Source of the DNA: Planctomycetota bacterium
GTDB lineage: Bacteria > Planctomycetota > UBA8108 > SXIK01
Assembly: GCA_965223845.1 (NCBI GenBank)
Contig: CBDCXR010000004.1
Location: forward strand, 7,168,001 to 7,232,000
Length of the DNA: 64,000 bases
Reading direction: 5' to 3'
The notes beneath the pieces were generated by a model. The model made no database searches. It was given only the letters and a program-made list of their open reading frames with translations, and was not told where the DNA came from. This document shows, in pieces, positions 38,802-49,344 of this stretch. The translations under genes were made by a program, and so were the position numbers. Positions within the stretch are counted from its first letter, which is position 1. Every line of letters begins with the position of its first letter.

Positions 38802-39283
38802 ACTGGATGCGGAACCGCTGGCTCACGATCGGCTGCGCGGTTGTTCTCGGTGGGTTCTTTCTCTACGCGTGCGGCCACAAGATCGCCGATCCGCCCGATT
38901 TCGCGAAGAGCGTCAACAACTACAAGCTCCTGCCGAGCGAATACGTCAACTACGTCGCGATCTTCATGCCGTGGCTCGAGCTCTTCCTCGGAATTGCTCT
39001 CGTCACCGGACTCGCGCGGCGCGGCGCGGCGTTCCTCTCGGGTGGATTGCTCGTCCTCTTTATCGCGGCGCTTACGTACAACCTCTGGCGCGGTATCCCG
39101 ACGATCTGCGGGTGCACCCTCACGTACGAGGAGGCGAAGAACTTCACCGACGAGGAGAAGTTCCGTCAGATGAAGTGGACGATTGCGCGCGACGTTGGGT
39201 TGCTTCTCCTCGCGGCGCAGGTGTACATCGCCACCTGTCCCTGCTGGGGAAAGAAGGCGACCGGCGGCGGCGCCGCCGCCTGA
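38798..39283 (+). CDS. MauE/DoxX family membrane protein
   Basis: K..DP..FA, PWLE, ICGC and RD motifs; ATGA overlap with the rhodanese gene. Confidence 0.88.
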   Translation: MNWMRNRWLTIGCAVVLGGFFLYACGHKIADPPDFAKSVNNYKLLPSEYVNYVAIFMPWLELFLGIALVTGLARRGAAFLSGGLLVLFIAALTYNLWRGIPTICGCTLTYEEAKNFTDEEKFRQMKWTIARDVGLLLLAAQVYIATCPCWGKKATGGGAAA

Positions 39284-39305
39284 CGCGTCCGTCTACGGCG
39301 AACGA

Positions 39306-40469
39306 ATGACGGAGCGAGATCCGATCGCGGCGGACTCGAGGACGCTCGTTTTCGGGCGACGGCACGCGCGGCGCTCGGAGCGCTTCTGCGACGGCCGCCT
39401 GGAGATCAGCTCGCCGCGCGGGACGAGCGCCGTCGATAGTCTGCTCCTGAGCGCCCTCTCTCAACGAATCGAGGGGCGCGTGCTCTCGATCCGGAGTCGG
39501 GAGGGCGTCGTCGCGCTGGGTGCGGCGTCTCTGTTTCCCGAGGCGGACGTCGTTCACTTCGATCTCGACGCCTTCGAACGTCACCGGGCGATCGCCGCCG
39601 CGGTGCGTAATGGTGTCGAGCGTGTGAGCTGGTATATCGGGGCGGACTTGCCCCCGGGGCCGTTCGATTGGGTGCTTCTCGCCGCACCCGGAAGCGGAGA
39701 CGCAGCGCTCGCGGGGGATCTCGTCCGTCAGAGTTTCGTGCGACTGACGGATCGCGGAAAGATCGTCGTCGCGACAGACGCGCGGCGCGACCGATGGGTT
39801 CACGCACGGATCCGGGATGTCTTCGGAGATGTGACGATTCACGTGAAATCGCGCGCGGGAATCGTCTACGTGGCGCGGAAGCCACCCGGCCGTTCGACGC
39901 GCACGCGAAACACCGCGCGAGAATGTACGGGGCGACTCTTCGATCGTGTCATCTCGCTCGTCAGCCGTCCCGGGGTGTTCGGGCACGGGAAGGTGGACGA
40001 CGGAGCGCTCTCCCTCGCCGACGTGGCCGGAGTGAAGGACGATGCGCGCAGCGTCGATCTCGGCTGCGGGAGCGGAGCGATCGGCGTCGCAGCTGCGCTC
40101 GCCGCACCGAACGGCACGGCACTCCTCGTCGACTCGAACGCGCGCGCTGTCGCCTGCGCCCGCGAGAACCTCGCGCGAAACGGTGCTGCGAACGGCGCTG
40201 CGACGCTCGCGTACGATCTCTCCGCGGTGCGAGGCGGAAGCGTCGACCTCGTCTTCGCCAATCCTCCCTATTTCGGCGATTTCCGAATCGCGGAGCGGTT
40301 CACGCGCGATGCGGCGCGCGTTCTCGCTCCCGGGGGAGAGTACTATCTCGTCACCAAGAGCGTCGAGCGTCCGGAGGCGATCTGCCGAGAGTCGTTCGCC
40401 GAGCTCGAACGGTTCTCACGGCGCGGTTACACCGTGTTTCGTTGTACCGCGCCCCGGTCGAGCGGTTGA
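39306..40469 (+). CDS. Class I SAM methyltransferase, RsmC/RlmG-like
   Basis: PGVFGHGKVDDGA, DLGCGSG, VDSNARA and NPPY motifs; degenerate N-terminal MTase domain. Confidence 0.85.
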   Translation: MTERDPIAADSRTLVFGRRHARRSERFCDGRLEISSPRGTSAVDSLLLSALSQRIEGRVLSIRSREGVVALGAASLFPEADVVHFDLDAFERHRAIAAAVRNGVERVSWYIGADLPPGPFDWVLLAAPGSGDAALAGDLVRQSFVRLTDRGKIVVATDARRDRWVHARIRDVFGDVTIHVKSRAGIVYVARKPPGRSTRTRNTARECTGRLFDRVISLVSRPGVFGHGKVDDGALSLADVAGVKDDARSVDLGCGSGAIGVAAALAAPNGTALLVDSNARAVACARENLARNGAANGAATLAYDLSAVRGGSVDLVFANPPYFGDFRIAERFTRDAARVLAPGGEYYLVTKSVERPEAICRESFAELERFSRRGYTVFRCTAPRSSG

Positions 40470-40566
40470 GAACGGCGGCTTGACGTCGTGTTTTTGCTCC
40501 CGCGTCGTCGCGTGGCAAGTCGCGCATCCTCTTGACAATCGATCGGCGTCCAACGTCGATGGATGC

Positions 40567-41673
40567 ATGAGTGAGCGCAAACCGAACGAGCCGCCGATCG
40601 AACCCCGCGGCCGACGCACGCCCGTCGTCGCCGTCGCCGCGGGCGGGAGCACCCGTCGTGAGGAGCGAGTCCTTCCCGCGCTGTCGCCGGGGGAGATCTT
40701 GCTTCGTCTTCGCGGTTGCGGACTTTGCGGTACCGATCTCTTCAAGCTCGACCACCAGAGCGCGCCGGACGGGGCCGTGCTCGGGCACGAGGTCGTCGGG
40801 GACGTCGTCGAGACGCGCGCTCCGGAGCGCTTCGCGATCGGCGACCGCGTCGTCGTGCCGCATCACGTTCCGTGCGGGGAGTGTGCTCTCTGCCGGCGAG
40901 GCAGTGAGACGATGTGCGACGTGTTTCGCGAGAACTTGCTCTCGCCGGGCGGGTTCAGCGAGTTTCTCGTCGTCGGGGAGCGTGCGGTTCGTCTCGCCGC
41001 GCAGCTCGTACCGGAGGAGATCTCGGACGACGCCGCGGTGTTTCTCGAACCCGCCGCGTGTGTTCTTCGAGGAATCGAGCGCTCGGCGCTCGCGGCTGTT
41101 CCCGAGGAGATCGAGCCCTCGGGCTGCGCCGTCGTCATCGGCGGCGGGAGCATGGGGCTTCTTCACCTACTCACGCTTCGCGCGTGGCGACCGTCGCTCC
41201 GTATCGTCCTCAGCGACCCGGTCGCCGAGCGCCGGCGTCTCGCGCTCGAGCTCGGCGCGGCGGCGGCGCCTCCTCCCGGCGAGGAGGCGGGGAGTGCGGT
41301 GGAAGCGCTGACGTCGGGACTCGGCGCCGATGCGGCGTTCGACACCGTCGGTGGGGCAGCGGTGCTCGACGGAGCTCTCGCTCTCCTCCGCGAAGGCGGG
41401 TCGGCCGTCCTCTTCGCGCACGCGCGCGATGGCGAGGCACCGTCATTCCATCTCAACTCGCTCTTCAAATCCGAGCGCCGCGTCCTAGGCACCTATTCAG
41501 GATCGCTCCGCGAACAACGGACGGTGTTCGAATGGATCGCCGCCGGCCGGCTCGATGCTTCGCCTCTCGTTACGCATCGCCTTCCTCTCGCGCGATTCGA
41601 CGAGGCGGTCGCTCTCGTTCGCCGGCGCGAAGCGCTCAAGATCCTTCTCGTCCCGGACTCGCGGTCAGCATGA
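40567..41673 (+). CDS. Zn-dependent alcohol/polyol dehydrogenase
   Basis: GLCGTD, GHE, CGECALC...C, EP and GGGSMG motifs. Confidence 0.9.
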   Translation: MSERKPNEPPIEPRGRRTPVVAVAAGGSTRREERVLPALSPGEILLRLRGCGLCGTDLFKLDHQSAPDGAVLGHEVVGDVVETRAPERFAIGDRVVVPHHVPCGECALCRRGSETMCDVFRENLLSPGGFSEFLVVGERAVRLAAQLVPEEISDDAAVFLEPAACVLRGIERSALAAVPEEIEPSGCAVVIGGGSMGLLHLLTLRAWRPSLRIVLSDPVAERRRLALELGAAAAPPPGEEAGSAVEALTSGLGADAAFDTVGGAAVLDGALALLREGGSAVLFAHARDGEAPSFHLNSLFKSERRVLGTYSGSLREQRTVFEWIAAGRLDASPLVTHRLPLARFDEAVALVRRREALKILLVPDSRSA

Positions 41674-42792
41674 CGAAATCAAGGCGGGATCGAAGTTGAG
41701 CGCGTGTAGGTCGTCCGGGAGAAACTGACCGTCCCGGCGGATGACTTCGCCGTCGAAGCGGACTTCGCCGCCGCCGTAGTCCGCGCGCTGGATCGTGACG
41801 AGATCCCAGTGGATCTGTGAGCGGTTGCCGTTGTCCGCATCCTCGTACGCCTGTCCCGGCGTGAAGTGGAACGATCCGGCGATCTTCTCGTCGAAAAGGA
41901 TGTCCAGCATCGGATGGAGAATCTCCGGATTGAATCCGAGGGAAAACTCGCCGATGAACCTCCCCCCTTCGTCCATATCGAGGATTTGGTTCAAGCGCTC
42001 GGACTGGTTGGCGGATGCTTCGACGATGCGACCGGCGCGAAACTTGAGTCGGATGTTGTCGAAGACGACGCCCTGATAGAGGCTCCGCGTGTTGACGCTG
42101 AGCTCGCCCTCGACGGAGTCGCGTACGGGACTCGTGAACACTTCGCCGTCGGGTAGATTGTGCTCTCCGGCACAGCCGATCACGGGGATGTCCGCGATCG
42201 AGAATCGGAGATCCGTCCCCGGTCCGACGATGTGAACATCGCGGGCCGCGCGCATGCGATCTTCGAGCGGACGCATGGCTTCGGCCATCGCGGCGTAGTC
42301 GACGGTGCAAACGCGAAAGTAGAAGTCCTCGAAGGCCTCGGTGCTCATTTCGGCTTGCTGCGCCATCGACGGAGTCGGCCAGCGGAGAACGACCCACTTC
42401 GTCCGCGGGACGCGCACCTCGGTGTGAACTCGCTGGAGAACGTGCTTCGTGTAGAGCTCCATACGTTCGTGGGGAACGTCGGTGAACTCGGTCGAGTTGT
42501 GCGTTCCGCGCAGACCGACGTAAGCCTGAACACACTTCATCTGCGCGACCTCGACGTCGCCCCAGAGCTCCATCTGCTCTTCGGTCGCGTTTCGGCAGAG
42601 CTCGCGGAGAACGCGGTTTTGCTTGGTGAGGCACAAGGGGCGTCCGCCGGCGGAGGCGATGTGGCGGACGAGAAGAGCCGTAAACTCAGCGGGAATGTCG
42701 AAGCTCTCGATGAGCACCGTCTCACCCGGGGCGACGCGGCAAGAGTGATGGACGATGGTTTCCGCGAGTGTCTGCTGCCTGGAATCGGACAC
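41665..42792 (-). CDS. Aminopeptidase (M29, AmpS/PepS family)
   Basis: NLPDGEVFTSP, GEFSLG.N, LFDEKI.GSFH and SQIHWD motifs. Confidence 0.92.
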   Translation of the reverse strand: MSDSRQQTLAETIVHHSCRVAPGETVLIESFDIPAEFTALLVRHIASAGGRPLCLTKQNRVLRELCRNATEEQMELWGDVEVAQMKCVQAYVGLRGTHNSTEFTDVPHERMELYTKHVLQRVHTEVRVPRTKWVVLRWPTPSMAQQAEMSTEAFEDFYFRVCTVDYAAMAEAMRPLEDRMRAARDVHIVGPGTDLRFSIADIPVIGCAGEHNLPDGEVFTSPVRDSVEGELSVNTRSLYQGVVFDNIRLKFRAGRIVEASANQSERLNQILDMDEGGRFIGEFSLGFNPEILHPMLDILFDEKIAGSFHFTPGQAYEDADNGNRSQIHWDLVTIQRADYGGGEVRFDGEVIRRDGQFLPDDLHALNFDPALISSC

Positions 42793-42934
42793 GGCCGTCT
42801 CCTCTCTAGTGGTGGTTCCGCGTGCGCTAGCTGCCCGGAGTCGGCTCGGATTCTACTCCGGCGGGGTCCGTTCCGCGCCTAGCGAAAGGATGGACGCAGA
42901 CATCGCTCGACGTGGAGGCCGGAGCGGACCCCGA

Positions 42935-44110
42935 TCAAGTCGCCGCGACGGTCGACCTCTGCGTTTCGTTCGGAGGGTCCTCCGAGAGGCAAGCGGAAAT
43001 GAGGGCTTCGACCTCCGGTTTCCCGTGCATGTCTTCGGGCAGCAGTCGAAACTGGCTCAAAGCGTCGTCGAATCGCCCGAGCTTCAAGTAGCACTCGCCG
43101 AGGCGAAAGCGTGCCATCGCGAATCCCGGGGCGATCGCGAGACAGGATCGAAGGTGAGTGACCGCTTCGTTGAGGCGATCCGTTCGCACGCATTGCGACG
43201 CGAGGTCGTAGCGGAGATCAGGAAATCCGGGACGGAGCTGGATCGCGCGCAAGAGGTGGTGTTCGGCGCGCATCGCGTCGTCGTTCGCGCTGTAGAAGTG
43301 CGCGAGCTGCTCGTGAGCACGGGCGTAGTCGGGGTTGCACTGAATCGCCTTCACGAGCCAACGCTCGGCACGGTGATGGTGACCGTTCAGAAACTCCATC
43401 CAGCCGCGCAGGGTGGCGTACGGGGCGTACTGCGGATCGGTCGCGAGCAGCTTGTCGATCTCCGCCACCGCTTCGCGCGTCTGTCCGCGCGTGTAGAGCC
43501 AGCGTGCGGCCTCGCGGTGAATCTCGGCGAAGCCGGGGAGCGACGGGAGGCGATCGATCTCGTTCGCGAGGAGCTCGATCGAGGGCAACCCGTCCTTCTC
43601 GACGCCGAGGCGACGATAAGAGTCGACGCAGCCGCCGTTCCCGCGCGCGGCACGAAGAAGCCACCGCTGAGCGTCGCGCTGCCGCCCGCTCGAATGGAGA
43701 ATGTAGGCGCCCCAATGGAGCGGGCGCGGATCGTCGGGGCCGAGCGCTCGCGCGTGCTCGAGAGCGTCCCACGCCTCGGTGGCGTGGCCGTGCAGGTAGC
43801 AAAGCCGCGCCATGTCGACGAATCGTCCGACCGGCCGTTCCGAGAGCTTGGCCACACTCGAAATTAAGTCGAGCGCCCCGGCGAAATCGTCGACCGCGAG
43901 CGCGAACGCGAGGTTCACGCGGGCATCCTCGTAGCGACCGTTCCGCGAGAGCGCGGCGAGGAAGTCCTTTTTGGCGCCGTCGACCTGTCCGAGGTGAAGT
44001 CGCAGGACACCCCGACGGTTCAGGAGATCGGGGTAGGTCGGAGTCGAAGCGAGAAGAGATTCGACTTCCTTCAGATAAGATGAATAGAGGTCCTCGTCGG
44101 GCTGCGTCAT
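42935..44110 (-). CDS. Tetratricopeptide-repeat protein
   Basis: Repeated TPR consensus (P.YPDL.N..G, NP.YA.A, PGFPDL.Y.L, PGFA.A.F.LG). Confidence 0.85.
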   Translation of the reverse strand: MTQPDEDLYSSYLKEVESLLASTPTYPDLLNRRGVLRLHLGQVDGAKKDFLAALSRNGRYEDARVNLAFALAVDDFAGALDLISSVAKLSERPVGRFVDMARLCYLHGHATEAWDALEHARALGPDDPRPLHWGAYILHSSGRQRDAQRWLLRAARGNGGCVDSYRRLGVEKDGLPSIELLANEIDRLPSLPGFAEIHREAARWLYTRGQTREAVAEIDKLLATDPQYAPYATLRGWMEFLNGHHHRAERWLVKAIQCNPDYARAHEQLAHFYSANDDAMRAEHHLLRAIQLRPGFPDLRYDLASQCVRTDRLNEAVTHLRSCLAIAPGFAMARFRLGECYLKLGRFDDALSQFRLLPEDMHGKPEVEALISACLSEDPPNETQRSTVAAT

Positions 44111-44365
44111 CGAGCTGGGGTGCGGGTCGGCTGGACGGATCGGAAGATCCGCGAGCATCCGGGTCAATCGGAAACGGCGAGGGCCCATCGTCCGAACGGT
44201 GGACCTGAATCTCCTGTCGTCATCGACCGAGGAGTGCGAAAAGATGAAGGACCGGAGATCTTCGGATGTCGTCTCGACGACGAGAGACGATCTGGTTCCG
44301 ATAGCGTGCGATCGGCGTCGCGCCGCGCTCGATCGGAAATCTCAAGACCCCTGCGGAGTTCACGA

Positions 44366-45652
44366 ATGAAGATCAGTGCGATTTCTGCGTCGTTCCTGTT
44401 CGTTTCGACGGTCGCGGCACCGCTTCTCGCGACGAATCCGGTGTTCATTCCGATGAAGGTCGACGGGCCGACACACGCGCCGGAGAAGAACTCTTGGTGG
44501 TACGGACCGTTCAGCGAAGCGTCGGCCGTCTTCGATGTCGACGGCGACGGCGATCTCGACATCACCGCGGGAAACCACTGGTACGAGAACGCCGGCGCTG
44601 AGCGCGCGGGTGGGAAGCTGATGGTGCCGAAGTGGCGGAAGCACTCCGGGCACCGTCCCCACGCGTCCGTTCACGGGGAATTCGTCAACAACTGTGGCGA
44701 GTATCCGCTCGACGTCAATCGTGACGGTAAGCTCGATCTCGTCAGTGCCGGCTGGATGAAGGACGGCGTCTGGTGGTACGAGAATCCGGGCGGAAAAGCC
44801 GGCGAGTGGCGCGCGACGAAGATCATCTCGTCGCAGCAGACCGAAGGCCTCGTCGTCGAGGACATCGATGGCGACGGCGATGCCGATGTCCTCGTCAACC
44901 ACTGGGGGCCGCGGGAGGGGCAAGGCGTCACGTGGCTCGAATTGCAAGACGACGCGGAGTTTGCCGTTCACGTCCTCGGCACCGAGGGCGATCACCACGG
45001 CATCGGCCTCGGAGACCTCGACGGTGACGGCCGGAAGGACGTGATCACTCCGAATGGTTGGTATCGAGCACCGGAGAACGTGCGCGAGGAGAAGTGGGAA
45101 TTCCGCAAGGACTACGGTCCGCTCGGCGAGCTCGGCATCCGGATGCTCGTCGTCGACGTCAACGAGGACGGATTGAACGACATCGTCTACGGACGCGGAC
45201 ACGACTACGGTCTCTACTGGCTCGTCCAGACGAAGACCGAGGGGGACGCCGAGGGACTCTCGTTCTCGCGGCCGGAGCTCATCCGGCTCGACCCGGGACA
45301 GTTTCACACTCTCGTGCTTGCCGACGTCAATCAGGACGGGCGCGACGACCTCGTCACGGGAAAGCGTCTCCGCGGGCATGCCGGCAATGATCCGAGCAGC
45401 TTCGATCCCCTCGGAGTGTTTTGGTACGAGATCAAGGACGGAAAGTTCATCGAGCATGTCCTCTCGTACAACCATCTTCCGTTTTACGCGGGGCGGTGGG
45501 AGTTCAATCCGCCGCCGCTCGGAGCGATCGGCACGGGGATGAACATCAACGTCGCCGACCTGAACGGTGACGGCAAGGTCGAGATCGTGATGTCCGGCAA
45601 GACCGGGCTCTACGTGTTTCTCAACCGCGGCGTGCCGCCTACGTCTAAGTAG
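44366..45652 (+). CDS. Secreted FG-GAP/VCBS repeat protein
   Basis: Signal peptide; repeated D(V/I/L)(D/N)xDGxxD Ca-binding motifs. Confidence 0.88.
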   Translation: MKISAISASFLFVSTVAAPLLATNPVFIPMKVDGPTHAPEKNSWWYGPFSEASAVFDVDGDGDLDITAGNHWYENAGAERAGGKLMVPKWRKHSGHRPHASVHGEFVNNCGEYPLDVNRDGKLDLVSAGWMKDGVWWYENPGGKAGEWRATKIISSQQTEGLVVEDIDGDGDADVLVNHWGPREGQGVTWLELQDDAEFAVHVLGTEGDHHGIGLGDLDGDGRKDVITPNGWYRAPENVREEKWEFRKDYGPLGELGIRMLVVDVNEDGLNDIVYGRGHDYGLYWLVQTKTEGDAEGLSFSRPELIRLDPGQFHTLVLADVNQDGRDDLVTGKRLRGHAGNDPSSFDPLGVFWYEIKDGKFIEHVLSYNHLPFYAGRWEFNPPPLGAIGTGMNINVADLNGDGKVEIVMSGKTGLYVFLNRGVPPTSK

Positions 45653-45664
45653 TCGACGAGTCGC

Positions 45665-46675
45665 TCAAGCTTCCCCGGACTCGATCGGGGATTTCGCCGC
45701 CTCGCCCGGTACCTCACGCACGTAACGGGGGACGGCGTAGCCGGGGAGACGGCGCCGAAGCGCGGCGATGAGCTCGCGACCGCGAGCCTCCGCTACTTCG
45801 AAATGCGCCGCGCCCTCGACGCGATCGAGTTGGTGGAGGTAATAGGGAATCACGCCGAGCTCGACGCAGCGTTCGCAGAGTTCCGCGAGCGCAGTTTCGT
45901 CGTCGTTCACTCCGCGAAGGAGAACCGCTTGGTTGAAGAGCGGCGTTCGGGTCGAGGCGAGTCGGGAGAGTGCCTCCGCGCAGGGCCCGCGTAGCTCCGA
46001 GGCATGGTTTGCGTGAACGACCACGATCGATGCGAGCGCGGTGTCGCGGAGAATCTCCCTGAGCTCTTCCGTGACGCGCTCGGGCAGGACGATCGGCAGG
46101 CGCGTGTGGATGCGGAGCCGGCGCAGGTGCGGAATCGCCTCGAGCTCCGCGACGAGGTCGCGGAGAACATCGTCGTCGAGAACGAGCGGGTCTCCACCAC
46201 TCAGAATGACCTCGCGGAGCGAGCGATCTTCTCGGATCGCCGCGATCGCGCTCGTCCAATTCGAGGATCCGAGCGGTGCGCTGTCGTAGGGAAAATGGCG
46301 GCGAAAGCAGTAGCGGCAGTGCACCGCGCACGCCCCGGTTACGATGAGAAGTGCGCGCCCCGGGTACTTCTGAAGGAGTCCTCGTGCGCGCGTCGCGTCC
46401 CGCTCGTCGAGTGGATCGCGCGTGTATCCGTCGACCGGAACGGCTTCGGCGTCGAGCGGCAGCACTTGGCGGAGGAGCGGATCCGCCGGATCACCGCGCT
46501 TCATCCGTTCGACGAATTCGCGGGGGACGACGAGCGGGAAGAGTCGAGCCGATCGCGTTGCGCCCGCGAGCAAGTCCACCGGTAGATCGAGCGCGGCGAG
46601 AAGCTCCGCCGGATCGCGGATGGCGTCCGCGAGCGCGTGCTTCCAGGAGAGAGTCGGAGCGGACTCGCGGGCCAT
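45665..46675 (-). CDS. epmB: EF-P beta-lysylation lysine 2,3-aminomutase (radical SAM, KamA family)
   Basis: DPLLRQV, CAVHCRYCFRRHFPY, SGGDPL, NQAVLLRGVND and PYYLHQLD motifs; divergent from efp. Confidence 0.93.
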   Translation of the reverse strand: MARESAPTLSWKHALADAIRDPAELLAALDLPVDLLAGATRSARLFPLVVPREFVERMKRGDPADPLLRQVLPLDAEAVPVDGYTRDPLDERDATRARGLLQKYPGRALLIVTGACAVHCRYCFRRHFPYDSAPLGSSNWTSAIAAIREDRSLREVILSGGDPLVLDDDVLRDLVAELEAIPHLRRLRIHTRLPIVLPERVTEELREILRDTALASIVVVHANHASELRGPCAEALSRLASTRTPLFNQAVLLRGVNDDETALAELCERCVELGVIPYYLHQLDRVEGAAHFEVAEARGRELIAALRRRLPGYAVPRYVREVPGEAAKSPIESGEA

Positions 46676-46718
46676 CGAGGGAGTGAGGAAAACCCTGGGA
46701 GAATGTCGAGAAACCGGT

Positions 46719-46747
46719 ATCATAGCAGCCTTTGCAATCACGGTCAG
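46719..46747 (-). promoter_or_regulatory. Extended -10 promoter for epmB, overlapping a plus-strand -10 for efp
   Basis: The minus strand reads CTGACC-N17-TATGAT with a TGn extension. The same bases give TATCAT (46718-46723) on the plus strand. Confidence 0.4.
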
Positions 46748-46796
46748 CACCGTAGCCGGAGCGACTCTCGAGACTCGCGCAGCGGACGACAGAACC

Positions 46797-47366
46797 ATGG
46801 CGAACACCTACAACACGAGCGACTTTCGTAAGGGCCTCAAGGTTCTGATCGACGGCGAGCCCTACCTCATCGTCGAGAACGAGTTCCGCAAGCCCGGGAA
46901 GGGGCAGGCGGTGTACACCCTCCGAATGAAGAACCTTCTTCGCGGAAATGTTCTCGAGAAGGCGTACCGCAGCGGTGACAAGGTCGAGGCGGCCGACGTC
47001 TCCGAATCGAATCTTCAGTACCTCTACAACGACTCGAAGAACTGGGTGTTCATGGACCCGGAGTCGTTTGAGCAGTACGAGGTCGCGAAGGAAAACCTCA
47101 ACGACGCGGACAAGTGGCTCAAAGAAGAGGCGAAGGTTCAGGTCGTCTTTTGGAACGGACAGCCGATCACCGTGACGCCCCCGAATCACGTCGTTCTCGA
47201 GATTACCTACTGCGAGCCCGGCGCGAAGGGCAACACCGCGACGAACGTGCTCAAGCCGGCGACTCTCGAAACGGGAGCGGTCGTCGAGGTGCCGCTCTTC
47301 ATCAACATGGGGGACAAGGTGAGAGTGGACACGCGGACCGGTGAGTACATCGAGCGGACGAAGTAG
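46797..47366 (+). CDS. efp: Elongation factor P
   Basis: KPGKGQA loop (modified Lys), FMD.ESFEQ, KPATLETG and VDTRTGEY motifs. Confidence 0.97.
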   Translation: MANTYNTSDFRKGLKVLIDGEPYLIVENEFRKPGKGQAVYTLRMKNLLRGNVLEKAYRSGDKVEAADVSESNLQYLYNDSKNWVFMDPESFEQYEVAKENLNDADKWLKEEAKVQVVFWNGQPITVTPPNHVVLEITYCEPGAKGNTATNVLKPATLETGAVVEVPLFINMGDKVRVDTRTGEYIERTK

Positions 47367-48360
47367 CGGGTCGGCATCCGGTCCTTCGTCTCATCGTCCG
47401 TCCGCGGCGCTCGAAACGCTGCGCATCCGGGCGCAGATCCTCGCGGCGCTGCGCCGGTTCTTCGCGGAGAGGGGAGTTCTCGAGGTCGACACTCCGCTTC
47501 TTTGCGCTGCGGGCGCGGTCGATGCGCACGTGGAGCCGACGGCCGTCGTCGATCCTGCGACGGGCGAACGTCGGTTCCTCGTCACGTCCCCGGAGCTCTG
47601 CCTCAAGCGACTCCTCGCCTCGGGGAGCGGGCCGATCTACGAAATCTCGCGCGCGTTCCGAGACGGCGAGCGCGGCGCGCTCCATCACCCCGAGTTCGTG
47701 CTTGTCGAGTGGTATCGTCCAGGGTTCGAGCTCGACGACTTGATGGACGAAGTGGAAGCGCTCGTTCGCGCTGCGTTCACCGTCACGGGGAGCGAGCTCG
47801 GCTCGAATCCCTGGCGCCGGGCGACCTATCGCGAGCTCTTTGTAGAGGTCGTCGGTGTAGATCCGATCGCGTCGAGCACCGCGAAGCTCCGCGAGGTCGC
47901 GCAGCGAGGCGACGTCGAGCCGCCGGCTCGCCTCGACACCGACGATCGCGACGGCTGGCTGAACTTCATTCTCGCCGCGCAGATCGAGCCGACGTTCGGC
48001 CCGGAGCCCTTGTTCCTCTCGGAGTATCCCGCCTCGCAGGCTGCCCTCGCGCGCCTCAAGCCGGCAGATTCGAGCGTCGCGGAGCGATTCGAGCTCTACG
48101 CGGGCGGCGTCGAGCTCGCAAACGGTTACCGTGAGCTCCGCGACCCGGTCGAGCAGCGAGAGCGTTTCGAGCGCGCCAACCGCGAACGAGTGAAGCTCGG
48201 GAAGTCGGCGCTGCCCATCGACGAGCGACTCCTTGCGGCGCTCGGAGATGGGTTCCCGGAGGCGAGCGGAGTCGCGCTCGGATTCGACCGGCTCGTGATG
48301 CTTGCAGTCGGTGGTGAGTGCCTCGACGATGTCGTCGCGTTTCCGCGCGAGCTCGCCTAG
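47341..48360 (+). CDS. epmA: EF-P lysine aminoacylase (GenX/PoxA)
   Basis: LEVDTP, TSPE..KRLL, FRDGE...HHPEF, ERFELY, ELANGY.EL and GVALGFDRL motifs. Exact start uncertain. Confidence 0.93.
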   Translation: MSTSSGRSSGSASGPSSHRPSAALETLRIRAQILAALRRFFAERGVLEVDTPLLCAAGAVDAHVEPTAVVDPATGERRFLVTSPELCLKRLLASGSGPIYEISRAFRDGERGALHHPEFVLVEWYRPGFELDDLMDEVEALVRAAFTVTGSELGSNPWRRATYRELFVEVVGVDPIASSTAKLREVAQRGDVEPPARLDTDDRDGWLNFILAAQIEPTFGPEPLFLSEYPASQAALARLKPADSSVAERFELYAGGVELANGYRELRDPVEQRERFERANRERVKLGKSALPIDERLLAALGDGFPEASGVALGFDRLVMLAVGGECLDDVVAFPRELA

Positions 48361-48485
48361 CGTCGAGCGCCGACATCTCGTCACGGCAAAAGAAACGTGG
48401 ACCGTGACGATCGACTACGATGGACCCGCGCCGTCGAACGATGTCCGTTCGCGACGGGGCACGACTGTAGAAGGAGAGACCGCCG

Positions 48486-49328
48486 ATGAGAGAGTTCGAC
48501 GGGCGCGTCGCAGTAGTGACCGGCGGAGCGAGCGGAATCGGCCGCGCGCTCTGCGAGCGATTTCTCCGTGCCGGAATGCGCGTCGTCGTCGCCGACGTCG
48601 AGGAGGCTGCGCTCGCGGCTGCGGAAAAGGAGCTTTCCTCCGGGGGCGGCGACGTGCTCGCCGTTCGCACCGACGTGTCCAAGGCGGCCGATGTCGAAGC
48701 TCTAGCGAGTGCCGCCTACTCGCGGTTCGGGTCCGTCCACGTACTCTGCAACAACGCGGGGGTCGGGTTCGGGCGCTCTCTCCTCGAGACGACTCCCGGC
48801 GACTGGCAGTGGGTGCTCGGAGTCAATCTCTGGGGCGTCGTGCACGGTGTTCGCGCCTTCGTGCCGAGGATGAAGGAGGCGGGAGTGGAAGGGCACGTCG
48901 TGAACACCGCGTCGATTTGCGGTCTCATCTCTCTTCCGGGAGCCGGCGTGTATACGGTGTCGAAGTACGGCGTCGTCGCGATCAGCGAAACTCTCGCCGT
49001 CGAGCTCGCCGCGGAGAAGAGTCCGATCGGAGTCTCCGTGCTCTGCCCCGCCGCCGTCGCGACGAACATCACGAGCAGCGAACGAAACCGTCCGCGCGAG
49101 CTCGACGACGCTCCGGCGCCGACGGCGGAAGACGAGGCGCGCAGCGAAGAGATCCGCGCGGCGATCGCGGCAGGCATGAATCCGCGTGATACCGCCGAGC
49201 GCGTCTTCGGCGCTATCGAAAGCGGAGAGTTCTACATCCTGACGCATCCGGAGGCGAATACTGCGATCGAGGCGCGCTTCCGCGCGGTTCTCGAGGGAAA
49301 GGCGCCGGCCGTACCCGAGTGGGAGTGA
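48486..49328 (+). CDS. Short-chain dehydrogenase/reductase
   Basis: AAGGAG SD; VTGGASGIG, NNAG and Y.VSK motifs. Confidence 0.93.
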   Translation: MREFDGRVAVVTGGASGIGRALCERFLRAGMRVVVADVEEAALAAAEKELSSGGGDVLAVRTDVSKAADVEALASAAYSRFGSVHVLCNNAGVGFGRSLLETTPGDWQWVLGVNLWGVVHGVRAFVPRMKEAGVEGHVVNTASICGLISLPGAGVYTVSKYGVVAISETLAVELAAEKSPIGVSVLCPAAVATNITSSERNRPRELDDAPAPTAEDEARSEEIRAAIAAGMNPRDTAERVFGAIESGEFYILTHPEANTAIEARFRAVLEGKAPAVPEWE

Positions 49329-49344
49329 AGTCGGTGATTCGGCC

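Noticed and set aside
40532-40560. Perfect TTGACA upstream of the Zn dehydrogenase
   Set aside because: No acceptable -10 hexamer at 16-18 bp spacing.
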